Origin: Felis catus
Lineage: Eukaryota
Direction: 5' to 3'
DNA: 64,000 nt
Assembly: GCF_018350175.1 (NCBI RefSeq)
Contig: NC_058373.1
Location: forward strand, 118,236,001 to 118,300,000
Below the pieces are notes generated by a model, which did no database searches, was not told where the DNA came from, and worked only from the letters and a program-made list of their open reading frames with translations. The position numbers and the translations under genes were made by a program. This document shows positions 1 through 11,744 of this stretch, in pieces; the stretch's first letter is position 1, and each line of letters starts with the position of its first letter.

Positions 1-119
1 TCACAATAATGTGGTGACACATTTAAGGTGGTTTAAAACTGAAACCTTAAAACTTTAAAACTCAGTGCCTTAAAAATACGAGTCACTTATCACCGCCCTG
101 CCCCCTGCCCCTCCCCCCC

Positions 120-450
120 CCATATCTGCAGGTGGTTTGATTCACTGATCTGATCTGAGTTGGCTGTTCTAGCCCAGCTCCACGTGCTCCCTTCCTTCCA
201 GCAGTGGGCTCCTCGAAGACCTGTTCTTACTGGCTAGAGGAACGACAGAGCAGCAGCAAGGCCTTTGAAGGCCTAGGCTCGATGTTAGCATGCCGTCACC
301 CCTTCCACATGTCATTGGTTGAAGCAAACCACATGGCTGAGCCCCAGGTCAGGAAGAGGAGGAGAACGACATGCCGTTCACAGTAGCCATGGCACGAGCA
401 TGGGTGCAGGAGGGGTGAAGAATTGGCAGTGGTTTTTCAGTTTGCCACAA
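120..450. mobile_element. Degenerate MaLR (MLT1-like) LTR remnant
   Basis: Motifs resembling MLT1 (cacatgtcattggttgaagcaaaccacatggctgagccc); recognised from memory only. Confidence 0.4.
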
Positions 451-721
451 CATTAAACATACATACTGATTTTATACAGCAAATAAGCATTTACTTTGTT
501 GTTTTAAAATATCATTTGCATGTCACATTTTTAAAAACTCAAGTCTGCATAACATTTGACATTCTAAGATATTTTAACAGTAATTCAACATATGTGGAAA
601 AACATTAAGCATAAACCTTTACCTTCTGTGTATATCAGACAGGTCCAAGAAAGCATCTGTTCTCATGAAATACTAAATCTGTCATGAGGATTTTATAAAT
701 CACTGAGTTTGAGAGGGCTTC

Positions 722-917
722 TTTTTTTTTTTTTTTTTTTTTAATATTTGTTGTTTTATATTAGAGTATGAGTAAAGGAGGGTCAGAGAGAGGGAGACAC
801 AGAATCCGAAGCAGGATCCAGGCTTCAAGCTGTCAGCCCAGGGCCTGATGCAAGCTCAAACCCACAGACCCTGAGATCATGACCTGAGTTAACCAGTTGA
901 ACCATTCAGGCGCCCCT
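722..917 (-). mobile_element. CAN-SINE
   Basis: polyT tail, gagatcatgacctgag, ends caggcgcccc. Confidence 0.9.
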
Positions 918-946
918 ACTATTTGCTCTTTAAAAATGCTGTCCTT

Positions 947-1135
947 TGGGGCTGCTTGGGTGGCTCAGTTGGTTAAGCATCTGACTCTTGATTTTGGCTC
1001 AAGTCATGATCTCATGGTTTGTGAGATCGAGTCCTACATCAATCTCAGGCTGCACTGGCAGCTTGGAAGCTGCTTGGGATTCTCTGTCTCCCTTTCTCTC
1101 TGTCCCTCCCGCCCCAAAATAAAAAACATTAAGAA
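947..1135 (+). mobile_element. CAN-SINE
   Basis: ggggctgcttgggtggctcagttggttaag head, CT-rich tract, A tail. Confidence 0.9.
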
Positions 1136-1569
1136 AATAATTTTTAAAAAAGCAATCCTTTTTTGCATTTCTATACTCTTCCCCAGTTAATGATATTTGG
1201 TTTGCAAAAGCATCTTATCCTCACAAAATGTGAGCAGCATTTTTTTGTTTTCTGTTTCCATCAATCTGACAGGAAAAATGTACACCTGGCTTTGGAACTA
1301 AATCATTCTTCCCTAGTAGAGGTGGTCTACTCTGGTAGCTTATCAAAAACTGAGGCTAATAGTTCCTTGAGGGTAGATCATTTCATTCAAAGCATTTCTT
1401 TGATTTCATATCAGTTTGGGGGAGTTTAGATTATGTTAATTTTTAAAATTGCATATTTTTCTAATCTGAGATGTTTGGTGTTAAAAGTTTCAGAAGTGGG
1501 TTTTTAGATATTATTTTAGTAATATTAATTCATTCAACAACTACATATTCTGTTCATGATAAGTTACAT

Positions 1570-1765
1570 CAGTGGTTAGCAAATTACTGCCTGTAGCCAA
1601 ATCTGGCCCACAACCTGTTTTTGTACAGCCTGTATGCCAAGAGTGGTTTTTACAGTTTTAATAAAAAAGAAAAGAAAAGAGAAGAGTATGTGACAGAGAC
1701 CAGATGTGACCCATAAGCCCAAAACATTTATTTGGCTCTTTATAGAAAAAGTTTGCTGACGCCTG
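1570..1765. mobile_element. MER58-like hAT-Charlie fossil
   Basis: cagtggttagcaaa...gccaaatctggccc...tttatagaaaaagtttgctgacgcctg with imperfect terminal inverted repeats. Confidence 0.7.
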
Positions 1766-1784
1766 ATATCCATGGTACTATTAA

Positions 1785-1990
1785 TTTTTTTTTTAATGTT
1801 TGTTTATTTTTTGAGAGAGAGAGAGACAGTGCGAGTGGGAGAGGGGCAGAGAGAGAGGGAGATACAGGATCCAAGCTGGCTCCAGCTCCAAGCTATTAGC
1901 ACAGAGCGCAATGTGGGGCTTGATCTCACGAACTGTGAGATCATGACCTGAGCCGAAGTTGGATGCTTAATTGAGTCACCCAGGCGCCCC
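1785..1990 (-). mobile_element. CAN-SINE with TSD
   Basis: TSD TCCATGGT(A/G)CTATTAA at 1769-1784 and 1991-2006. Confidence 0.93.
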
Positions 1991-2284
1991 TCCATGGTGC
2001 TATTAAATGTTAAAACAAAAGAGTTTGTTGTTATATTTTTTCATACTTGCATAGAGAAAATCAGATAAATACTTGCTACCTTCATTGCCAAGAAGGCTAC
2101 AGAAATTCATAAGCCTTATACAGAGTTTCTCTTCTTTGGGTTTGAATTTAAGAGTGTATTGCATACCTGGATTATGTTGACTTTGACCACTTAGTTGGGT
2201 TATCATATAATGAAACTTGTCTGACCTTAAAATCCTGAAGCCTCAGTAAACAAAGTGTAGCTGTTACAGAATTTTCAGCTTCTA

Positions 2285-3006
2285 GGGGCACCTGGGTGGC
2301 TCAGTCGGTTGAGCATCCGACTTTGGCTCAGGTCATGATCTCCTGGCTTGTGGGTTTGAGCCCTGCATCGGGCTCTGTGCTGACACCTTGGGGCCTTGGG
2401 CCTGCTTTGGATTCTGTGTCTCCCTCTCTCTCTCTGCCCCTCCCCTGCTCATGCTCTGTGTCTGTCTCTCAAAAATAAATAAACAGGGACACCTGTTTAT
2501 TTTTTTTATTTTTTATTTTTTAAATTTTTTTTTCAACGTTTATTTATTGTTGGGACAGAGAGAGACAGAGCATGAACGGGGGAGGGGCAGAGAGAGAGGG
2601 AGACACAGAATCGGAAACAGGCTCCAGGCTCTGAGCCATCAGCCCAGAGCCCGACGCGGGGCTCAAACTCACGGACCACGAGATCGTGACCTGGCTGAAA
2701 TCGGACGCTTAACCGACTGCGCCACCCAGGTGCCCTGGGACACCTGTTTATTAAACAGGTGGCTCAGTCGGTTGAGTTTCCGACTTTGGCTCAGGTCTTG
2801 AGTTTGGCTCAGCTCATGAGTTCGAGCCCGCCGTCGGGCTCTGTGCTGACAGCTCCGAGCCTGGAGCCTGCTTCAGATTCTGTGTCTCCCTCTCTCTCTG
2901 CCCCTAACTCACTCGCATTCTGTCTCTGTTTCTCTCAAAAATAAATCTTAAAATAAATAAATTAAATAAATAAATAAACATTAAAAAAAGGTAAAAAAAA
3001 AAAAAA
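2285..3006. mobile_element. Three nested CAN-SINEs (+, +, -)
   Basis: Outer TSD AGAATTTTCAGCTTCT; inner minus-strand copy 2502-2736 has TSD GGGACACCTGTTTATT. Confidence 0.9.
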
Positions 3007-3309
3007 GAATTTTCAGCTTCTTTGGTTGTGTATTTGTTTCATAAGTTACTCAGAAAGCCTAAGGGTATTAGGAACATGGATATAATTATAAAATCAGTGA
3101 TAACAAGCCAGAAATTCATAGATGCCAAGTGTCTTATTTAAAATTGTTTACTGTGACCATAGATTAGACTCAGGTTGCTGCTAGCATTTGGTTTCTGCTA
3201 TAGCCCTATATGCACATGTTTATAAGTATTTTTGTATTGTTGTTAGTGTATTTTGGGGATATTTCCCAAAAGTGGTATTCCTGAATAAAAGGGTTAATGC
3301 ACAGGTAGT

Positions 3310-3700
3310 TTTTTTTTTTTTAATTGAAGTATAGTTGACATACAATATTATAGTAGTTTCAGATGTGATTCAGCATTTATGCACATTATGAAATGCTCAC
3401 AGTGGTAAGTATAGTTACCATCTGTCACCTTACAAAGTTCTTATATTACTGACTTATTCCCTATGCTGTACTTTACATCCATATGACTTATTTTATGACT
3501 CAAAGTTTGTACCTCTTAATACCCTTCACCTGTTTTGCCCATCCCCCGTCCACCCTCCCCTCTGGCAACCACCAGTTTGTTCTCTGTATTTATGGATTTG
3601 CTTCTGTTTTGTTTTGTTTATTCATTTATTTTAGTGTAGTAGCATAAACATCTAGGTTCGTCCATGTTGCAACTGGCAAGATTTCATTTTTTTTGGCACA
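3310..3700 (-). mobile_element. LINE-1 3' end fragment
   Basis: polyT then ttaattgaagtatagttgacatacaat...cctctggcaaccaccagtttgttctctg. Confidence 0.8.
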
Positions 3701-4465
3701 TACAGTTTTATTAGAGGTTACCAAATTCTCTTTCAACAGGAGCTACATAGGAGCTATACCATTTTTTTAACCCACCTGCAATATAGGAGAAGCACCATTT
3801 TAAAGTATTCATGTTGTCCTTTAACTAAAATGTGACAGAGATGTGTGTATATACCTAGATCTATATAGATATATATGTTATTTTTATGGAAGGGACATAG
3901 AATAAGCCAGTTGACTATCCCCTTTATGTTTGTTGCTTTTAACCTTTTTTTAATACTTGTATATCCTGTAGTTTAGCATTATTGAAAATCCAGAAGTGAG
4001 GCATAATGTGAAAGAAACTTATTCAGTCATCCTTAGAATCATCATGATCATCTGATGCTTTTGTGAGCCCTGGTTTGTTCTCTGATTTAGTTCCAATAAG
4101 TAATTTTCATCAGTGATTTCACACTGTTTTAGGAAATTCAGCTAGTCCAGCTTGAGTCTGACTGGCCTGAACAGTTTTCTCTCTGGTTACTTTGCAGGGA
4201 CTGGAAATAATGAGGAACTGTTTTACAATAGCAGCTGCAGTTGGGAAGCTAGAGTAAATGCTCAGTTTTAGGATTTTTTCTTTAATCTGCCCAAATCAAA
4301 GAAAACCTTTTATGGTTTTTAATCTGCATTTATTTCTGATTGTTAAAGATACTTAAGGCAACATTAAGAAGATTGGTGATTTGTGTAGGAAGATAATGGC
4401 CTGTTCTCTAGTCACATACTTTCTGTGTTTAAAGTTCTTATCTGGACTTTTATCTTTCCCAACAG

Positions 4466-4552
4466 CAACAATGGTGTGGTTGGTGAATATGGCAGAAGGA
4501 GACCCAGAAGCCCAAAGGAAGGTATCCAAAAACTCCAATTGTAATGCACAAA
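4466..4552 (+). CDS. PSEN1: PSEN1 exon (human exon 9 equivalent; endoproteolysis region)
   Basis: aacag|CAACAATGGTG...GCACAAA|gtaggt; 87 nt; encodes (S)[28 protein letters not shown]. Confidence 0.97.
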
Positions 4553-5479
4553 GTAGGTGACTTTTATTTGGTAATTTCCTGTTTTTTCTGGGTCATTGTC
4601 CTGTTATATTGGCTGACAGTGAGCTAAGAAGCAATGATTTTAACCTCTGTCTTTGGTCATGGACTCTTGAGCACCTCCTGAAAGCTGTGGTAATACCCAG
4701 TAAATACAGATAAATATTTAAGGAGTTCAGACACTCTAAACCCAACTGCACACCCAAGGCACCCTAGGTGAAGAACTTCTGCCATTCAGTGCCCTTAATA
4801 CCAGTATGGAAAGGTTCAAATTGAGGCTATGATTTAAAAAAGGAAAAATAATCTTGGTTTCCAAACCTGTAAAAATGAGAGCCTCTTATCTGATATGGCC
4901 AGGGTAATTTAAGTATAATTTGACTTGAGATGCAATCATGTTTATACCAAGAAGATAAAATATTCCAGGTGGACAGGACTTTCTGGAGGAGAATAAAAGT
5001 AATGATCCAGGGTGGGAGATCAAAAGGCCTCTGTGGGTACTACCGAAGATGTTAAGGAGAACATAAGGTAGGAGTTGGTGGAGAGAACTGGAATAATAGC
5101 ACACCATAAATAGTCAAGAAGAAAGGAAAGTTATTTTTAAAACAAAAAGAGCTAACCTCATGAGGAAGCTGAAAAACAGGCAGAGTAAAGATTGGTGAGA
5201 GAAGAAAAAAGGGCCTTAATCGAGTTACTGTTTGTCAGGAAAAGGGAAGTTGGGGTTTTGTGGAGCCAGGAGATCTGCCGAGTTGATGCTGCAAGGAGGG
5301 CACTGTCCCCTGAGAACCCCACAGCGGTCCTGGTAGAGAAGTAGGAAATACGTTGGAAACAGTTGTTACAAGGCCAGTTATTATGTTAACCTGTGTGAAA
5401 CTAAAGAAAATTAAAAGATTGTTATCTATGAGTTATATATGTGAGTATGAATGTGGTTTTGGTACATCAAGATTTTATT

Positions 5480-5830
5480 CTTCTAACAAGTAGTGATTGA
5501 GCTCCTGTGTGCCTGGTGTTTTTCTGGGCACTGGGGTACAGCCCTGAACAAGATACCTTGTCCCTGTGGAGCTTCTAACCTATTTGGAGAGATACAGATG
5601 TTCAACAACTAATTCCACAAATAATTCATACACTTGTGATCAGCCTACAAAGGAGATGTAGAAGTTGGTATGAAAGTTTATAGAAGAGGAATTTCCTTTA
5701 CTCTGGAAAGTCAGGAAGGCTTCCCTGAGGAAGTGACAGTAGGTGATGAACCAGCTGAAGATTTGAAGAACTTTCTAGAAGAGGAGACATGGGGAGAGGC
5801 CTTGTAGTTAGAAGGACCTGGCTGAACTTC
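5480..5830 (-). mobile_element. L2-like fragment
   Basis: attgagctcctgtgtgcctgg...ctggggtacag...aggaaggcttccctgaggaagtgac. Confidence 0.55.
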
Positions 5831-5834
5831 AGAG

Positions 5835-6045
5835 CTCCTCAGCGGGAGTGCTGTGGTATTTTGGGTGGGCAATTCTTCATTGTGTGGGACTTCCCCTCAC
5901 TGCAGGATATTTAGCATTCCTGGTCCCCCACTCACTAAATGCTAATGGTGGCTTTGAGGTGTTGCAGTAACCAAAAAGGCCCCCATCCTGGTTCTTCAAA
6001 CACCCCCTGGAAGGGAGGTGCTACCCCCTAGCTAAAAACCACTGT
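5835..6045. mobile_element. MER20-like hAT-Charlie fossil
   Basis: aattcttcattgtgtggg...gcaggatatttagcattcctgg...aaaaccactg. Confidence 0.55.
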
Positions 6046-6629
6046 GTTAGAAGAACTAGAAGTTACATTGGAACAAAAAGACACAGGGCTCCCAAGAGGG
6101 ATGTCTGAAGGTTTGGAAGTAGGAGTGAGGAGGGATGGGGCAGAGCAGGCAGTGCAGTTTTTATTTATAAAGCTTATGCTTAGCTTATGTTTATGTGATT
6201 ATGTAAACTCCAAACCATAGAAGATTCAGGTTTTGTGAAGACATGGTTAAGAAAAAGAATACAAATTACAGATACAGAATTGCTCTGGCCCCTCCCAGAA
6301 GAATTCCATGCAAGTGAGAGGTCTGAAGGATGCAAGCTTTACTTGTTCATGGTAAACCTCCCTCTGCTATGAGCATGTTTTACCTTTATTAGAAATAATA
6401 ATAAAGGAGAGAAAAGGTATTATCAACTTCACATGTATTTTAATTATTTTTAATGTATGGAAGTTTCTCAGGACTTTCATGTTATGCTCACAGTTTTCAG
6501 TAAGATTGATCATTGTAACAAAATGACTGGCCCATAAAAAAAATTCACCCCCACTTTCCTACCTCACCCCACCTCCCATAATGGTATGCTTTTTATCCTG
6601 GTCACTGAAGCCACTGGTGAGTGCCATCA

Positions 6630-7130
6630 TTTAGGAAGCTTTGGGCAGCCGAGATCAGATCTTTGTTGCTTTAAACAAAGAAGAGTTATGTTCTCTCTTG
6701 TGTTAACTTAGAGTTGAGTCCTAAGGTGTAGGCATTTGTGGGGTTGGGGAATTTTATGGTTCGTTGATATCATCAAGGGCCCAGGTTCTTTCCTTCTTCT
6801 GGTTCCGTCATCTTTAGATACAATCTTGGTCCTCAGTCCACGGCTTCTCATGGCCAGAAGATGGCAACTGCAGTTCCAGGCATTTTATCCAGATAAGACA
6901 TCATCCAGGGTTGGAAAGGGGCTGTTTGTTTCTTCTTGAGTCTCAAAAGAGTGAGAAAAACTTCCCCCCAAATTCAGAGCAGACTTGGCCTCAACACACA
7001 TTGGCTAGTACCAGCCTCAGCCTTAGAACTGTCATTGGGAAGAGTCATGTGCAGGATAGGTGGAAACCTAAACAAATCCGGACTCTGCCTTCAGGAAACA
7101 AGGAGAGAAATGACTATCGGGTAGGCAACC
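6630..7130. mobile_element. Degenerate MaLR (MLT1-like) LTR remnant
   Basis: catcaagggcccaggttctttccttcttctg...aagatggcaactgcagttccaggc motifs; from memory. Confidence 0.45.
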
Positions 7131-7286
7131 TCCAGGTACTTTTACAGCTTGTGATTTGTGGTTTAGGAGCCAGCTAACTTAGTTGCAGTGACAGTCGGGT
7201 AGTTACTGTTTCCGTGGAGTTTTCTTAAAGGTATTAACATTTTTTCCTAAGTATTACAGAGCTGTAATTTCCACTTTCTCTTGAAG

Positions 7287-7460
7287 GCACAGAAGGGGAG
7301 TCCCAAGACCCTGTGACAGAGAGCGATGATGGTGGCTTCAGTGAAGAGTGGGAAGCCCAGAGGGACAACCGCCTAGGGCCTCATCACTCCACGACTGAGT
7401 CACGAGCTGCTGTGCAGGAACTTTCCAGCAGCATCCTAGCCAGTGAGGACCCAGAAGAAA
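7287..7460 (+). CDS. PSEN1: PSEN1 exon (exon 10 equivalent; cytosolic loop)
   Basis: ttgaag|GCACAGAAG...GAAGAAA|gtatgt; 174 nt; [58 protein letters not shown]. Confidence 0.97.
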
Positions 7461-8859
7461 GTATGTGTGTTACTCTGTGTTGAAAAGTCATGAGTTCCTT
7501 TAGGTGCTACATTACCAAACTCCTCAAAAATAAAATGGATCAAGAGTGGTACAGTCTAATTCTGAATAACAGAGTATAGCATTTAGTGGGAAATATTAAT
7601 AGTTGTTGCTTTTCTCATAGTTACATTTGTTAATGGGCCAAATTCTGCCCCTCAGATTTTTGGAAATGGCCTTTTACAGCCTGAACTTTGGCATTTGTTT
7701 TAAAAGATAAAAGATTTTTTGGAAATTATTATTCCAGTAAGACTCATGACTATAATATTTATTTACAAAAATTTCATTAGTATATTTCCTCTTTGGTGTG
7801 TAGAGACCTGTGAGTTTGAATGTTTCAACCTTTTACATCATTATTCCCTTTGCTGGCAAGCACTGTATTTTATTAATTTTAAAGACAAAAGGATTTTGGT
7901 TATTGGGAGAAATGCAAGCATTTGTTCAGTGTCTAAGATATGTTGTCACTTAGACCTTGGTTAGCAGTTGGGGTTTCTTGGGAACATTATCAGCCAGTAG
8001 AGCCCCTCCCCCCCCCCCCCTTTGGTTAGGGCTCAGTCGTCTCTTCAGTTAGTCTTAGAGATGTGATTTATTAAGAGATTAGCACATTTTCCAACTAAAT
8101 TATTCTCTGTGGGGTTTTTTTCCCCAGAAAAGTGAAACTCTTGATTGATTACAACATTACAGTGAAAATATTAAGTACTTTTAAAGAAACAAACACCTAA
8201 ATTTCTTAGCTTCTTTACTCACTAATCACTAATTGTTATGATCTTGACATTATCCTTGAGCTTCAGCAGAACACTTCTTACATACAGCCAGCTCAGGTTT
8301 AGTCTTTTAACTGGGTCAGAACTTGGCACATACTTAACTTTGGTGCTTGGCTGAGTTTTCCAGATGTTAGAGTCCGCTACAGTCTGTGACTTTCACACTC
8401 CAGGGAAACTAGACACAGTTGCCTCGTCTTACAGCCAGGCTTAAGCTTGCCTTTGCTGATATATTCTCTGCCTGCAGAGTTACCACCATAATGAGGTTGC
8501 ATCTTCTTTTCTCTTTTCTCAAAGGTGCCTACAGCCAAAAGAAAGAAGTAATACAGCTGTTGAGTATATAGCAGTCTTTCATGACTGACCTTGCAACTTG
8601 AGTGCTCTCTCCTGATCATCTCTCATGTTCTCTTTGTCTCTACTTTTTTTTTTTTTTTTTTAAAGGAAAACCCAAGTATTGCCCCTCCTAACTTCAGAAT
8701 GATATTTTCTTTATCTGGGACCACTATAAACTAATAATTGACATTCTTTCATCATCTTAGCATCCAGTAACATAACCATATCTGAACAACCTTCTAAAAT
8801 CAACATTTAATCAAAAACTGAAGAGTTTTTTTAATTAGAAATGTAAAATATTAAAAAAA

Positions 8860-8972
8860 AAATTTTTTAAACATTTATTTATTTTTGAGAAACAGAGAGA
8901 GACAGCATGGGTGGGGGAGGGGCAGAGAGCGAGAAGGAGACACAGAATCTGAAGCAGGCTCCAGGCACCCCT
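8860..8972 (-). mobile_element. Truncated or internally deleted CAN-SINE
   Basis: Tail and GA tract joined directly to caggcacccc. Confidence 0.8.
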
Positions 8973-9261
8973 AAAATATATTTCTCCCATGTGAAGGCTG
9001 TTGGTCTTCCTTTTAGTGAATTTCAGAATATACTTCCCTCAAACATCATGCCAGTAGCAGGCTCATCCTAAGTGTACTACTAATCAGTAGACTTAAAATT
9101 TATCAACGTAGTAAAATTAGCCTGTTGTTTTCAGGAGTGGAAATTTGACTCTACAGATTCTTTTCTGTAACCTCAGGGGAAGTGAGGGAGAGGAATTTTA
9201 CTATTCAAGTAGAAGAAGAGATTTTAGTAGTAAAAAGGTAAAATAATACATTATAGGCAGG

Positions 9262-9381
9262 TTGTTGTTTTTTTTTTAAGACTTTATGTTTGAGTAATCT
9301 CTGTACCTGACATGGGGCTCGAACTCACAAGCCCAAGATCAGGAGTTGCATGCTCTACCAACTGAGCCAGCCAGACACCCC
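9262..9381 (-). mobile_element. Short CAN-SINE
   Basis: ggggctcgaactcac...gagttgcatgctctaccaactgagccagcc. Confidence 0.85.
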
Positions 9382-9469
9382 ACGGTTAATTTTAAAACAG
9401 TCTCATTACTTTCAAAAGAAATCCCACAATCCTCAGCTGTCCAGCTCTCCAGTCCCTCCCATCCCCCCC

Positions 9470-10330
9470 CCCACTTAAAGTACACAATGCAGTGATTTTT
9501 TACTATATTCACAGAGCTGTGCAACCATCACTACAAGTGAATTTTAGAACATTTTCATCATCTCAGAAAGCAAGTCTATACTCATTAGCTCCCATGTCCC
9601 CCCTACACCAACAAATATACTATCTTAGATTTGCCCATCCTGGACATTTCATATAAATGGAATCCTACACTATATTATCCTTTGTACTAGTTTCTTTCAC
9701 TTAGGCCAATGTTTTCAAAGTTCATCTGTGTTGTAGTATGTGTCAGTACTTCATTTATTTTTGTAGCCAAATAATATGACATTTTATGTATATACCACAT
9801 TTATTATCCATTCATCAGATAATAGACATCTGAGTTTCCATTTGGGGCTGTTATGCATAATGTTGCTATGAACATTCATGTACCAGTTCTTGTGTGGACA
9901 TGTTTTTATTTCTGTTGGGTATATACCCAGGAGTAGAATTGCTGGGTCCTATGGTAACTCTGTATTTTACCTTTTGAGAAACTGCCAGACTGTTTTCCAA
10001 AGCAGCCATACTATTTTACATTCCCACCAGCAGTGTGTGAATGCCCCAATTTTTCCACATCCTCACCAACACTTATTATCTTTTTGATTATAATCTAGAG
10101 TAGGTATAAAGTGGTGTCTCATTATGGTTTTCAGCTGCATTTCCCTAATGGCTAATGATATTGAGTAATTTTTTGTGTGCTTATTGGCCATTTTTATCTT
10201 TTCTTTGGAGAACTATATTCAGATTCTTTGACCATTTTTATTTGCCTCTTTAATTATTGAGTTGTAATGATTCTTTGAATATTCTAAATACATATTTGTT
10301 TTCAGATAACTGCAAAATTTTTTCCCTGCA
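9470..10330 (-). mobile_element. LINE-1 (L1M-type) 3' region fragment
   Basis: gagtagaattgctgggtcctatggtaactctg...cattcccaccagcagtg...ttccctaatggctaatgat. Confidence 0.88.
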
Positions 10331-10495
10331 TTATTTTAAAAATCTCATTTCTGTAACATTTTTTTTCTGAAGAACTTAGTTTTAGTTTCTTATGGCACTT
10401 AACATTTGAAATTGAAATCCAAGTCTTTCTAAGGCTGTTATATATTTTAGCCTTTATATGTGCCAAGAACGTTTCCTGTATTATTTTTTAACTCA

Positions 10496-10937
10496 TTTTT
10501 TTAAATGTTTATTTGAGAACGTGAGCAGGAGAGGGGCAGAGAGACAGAGAGAGAGAGATGGAGGGAAATGGGGACATGGACACAGAATCCAAAGCAGGCT
10601 CTAGGCTCTGAGCTGTCAGCACAGAGCCCAGTACGGGGCTTGAACTCACGAGCCATGAGATCATGACCTGAGCCTAAGTCAGATGCTTAACCGACTGAGC
10701 TACCTAGGCATCCCCACCCCGGCCTTTTTTTTTCTTTTTGTTTATTTATGTTTGAGAGAGGGAGACAGAGCACAAGCAGGGGAGAAACAGAGAGCGAGGG
10801 ACACACAGAATCCGAAGCAGGCCCCAGGCTCTGAGCTGTCGGCACAGAGCCTGACACGGGGCTCAAAACCACAAACTGTGAGATTGTGACCTGAGCTGAA
10901 GTCAGACACTTAACTGACTGAGTCACCCAGGTGCCCC
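10496..10937 (-). mobile_element. Two tandem CAN-SINEs
   Basis: Two successive minus-strand bodies (10496-10715, 10725-10937). Confidence 0.9.
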
Positions 10938-11494
10938 TAATTTTTAATTCTTGATAACAGCCCTATGTAATAGCTCATAATCCCCATCTTAGAGCTGAGG
11001 AATTTGAGGATTAAAAGAAGTTAATCAACTTGCTCTGGATCATACAAGTACTTAAATAGTAGCACTGGCCTCTTCTGTACATGTGAAACTGGTGTGTATA
11101 TTCATCAGTCTGGGAAGGTTAGTAAGTTAAAGGGTAGCTGACCCAGTAATTCATAGCATTGGATTTCATGGGTCATATGTTTATCTTTTCCACTAAGGAA
11201 GATTTCACTCTGGCTCCCACAACTCAAGAACACTGGTTTCTCTGTAATATCTTATTAACCAGCCCTCTGCTTATTTCTCACCCACATGTGGAACACACTA
11301 CTTCTCAGGGCCCTCTGCCTCTCTCCCCTGGAAGTGGTTTCTCTAACCCAGGCAACTGAACGTTAAAACCAGGGTCAAACTTCACTTGGGAATAGTTATT
11401 TAACAGAAAAATGAAAGCCACTTTTAAAGCTTTATGGATGAATAATGGATCCCAAGTTAAAACATATCTTTTGAATCCATATTTTAGCCTTTAC

Positions 11495-11704
11495 TTTTTT
11501 TTTCTTAACGTTTTATTTAAACTTTTGAGAGACAGAGCATGAATGGGAGAGGGGCAGAGACAGAGGGAGACACAGAATCTGAAACAGGCTCCAGGCTCTG
11601 AGATGTCAGCACAGAGCCCGACGTGGGGCTTGAACCATTGAACCATGAGATCATCACCTGAGCCAAAGTCAGATGCTTAACTGACTGAGGCACTCAGGCA
11701 TCCC
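11495..11704 (-). mobile_element. CAN-SINE with TSD TAGCCTTTACTT
   Basis: Direct repeats on both sides. Confidence 0.92.
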
Positions 11705-11744
11705 TAGCCTTTACTTAATTATATCTTTTTTTGAAAAGAATTTG

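Noticed and set aside
2296..2944. Recurrent MAQSV...QVMIS and GQRETEHERGRG ORFs here and throughout the window
   Set aside because: Translations of CAN-SINE sequence, not a gene family.
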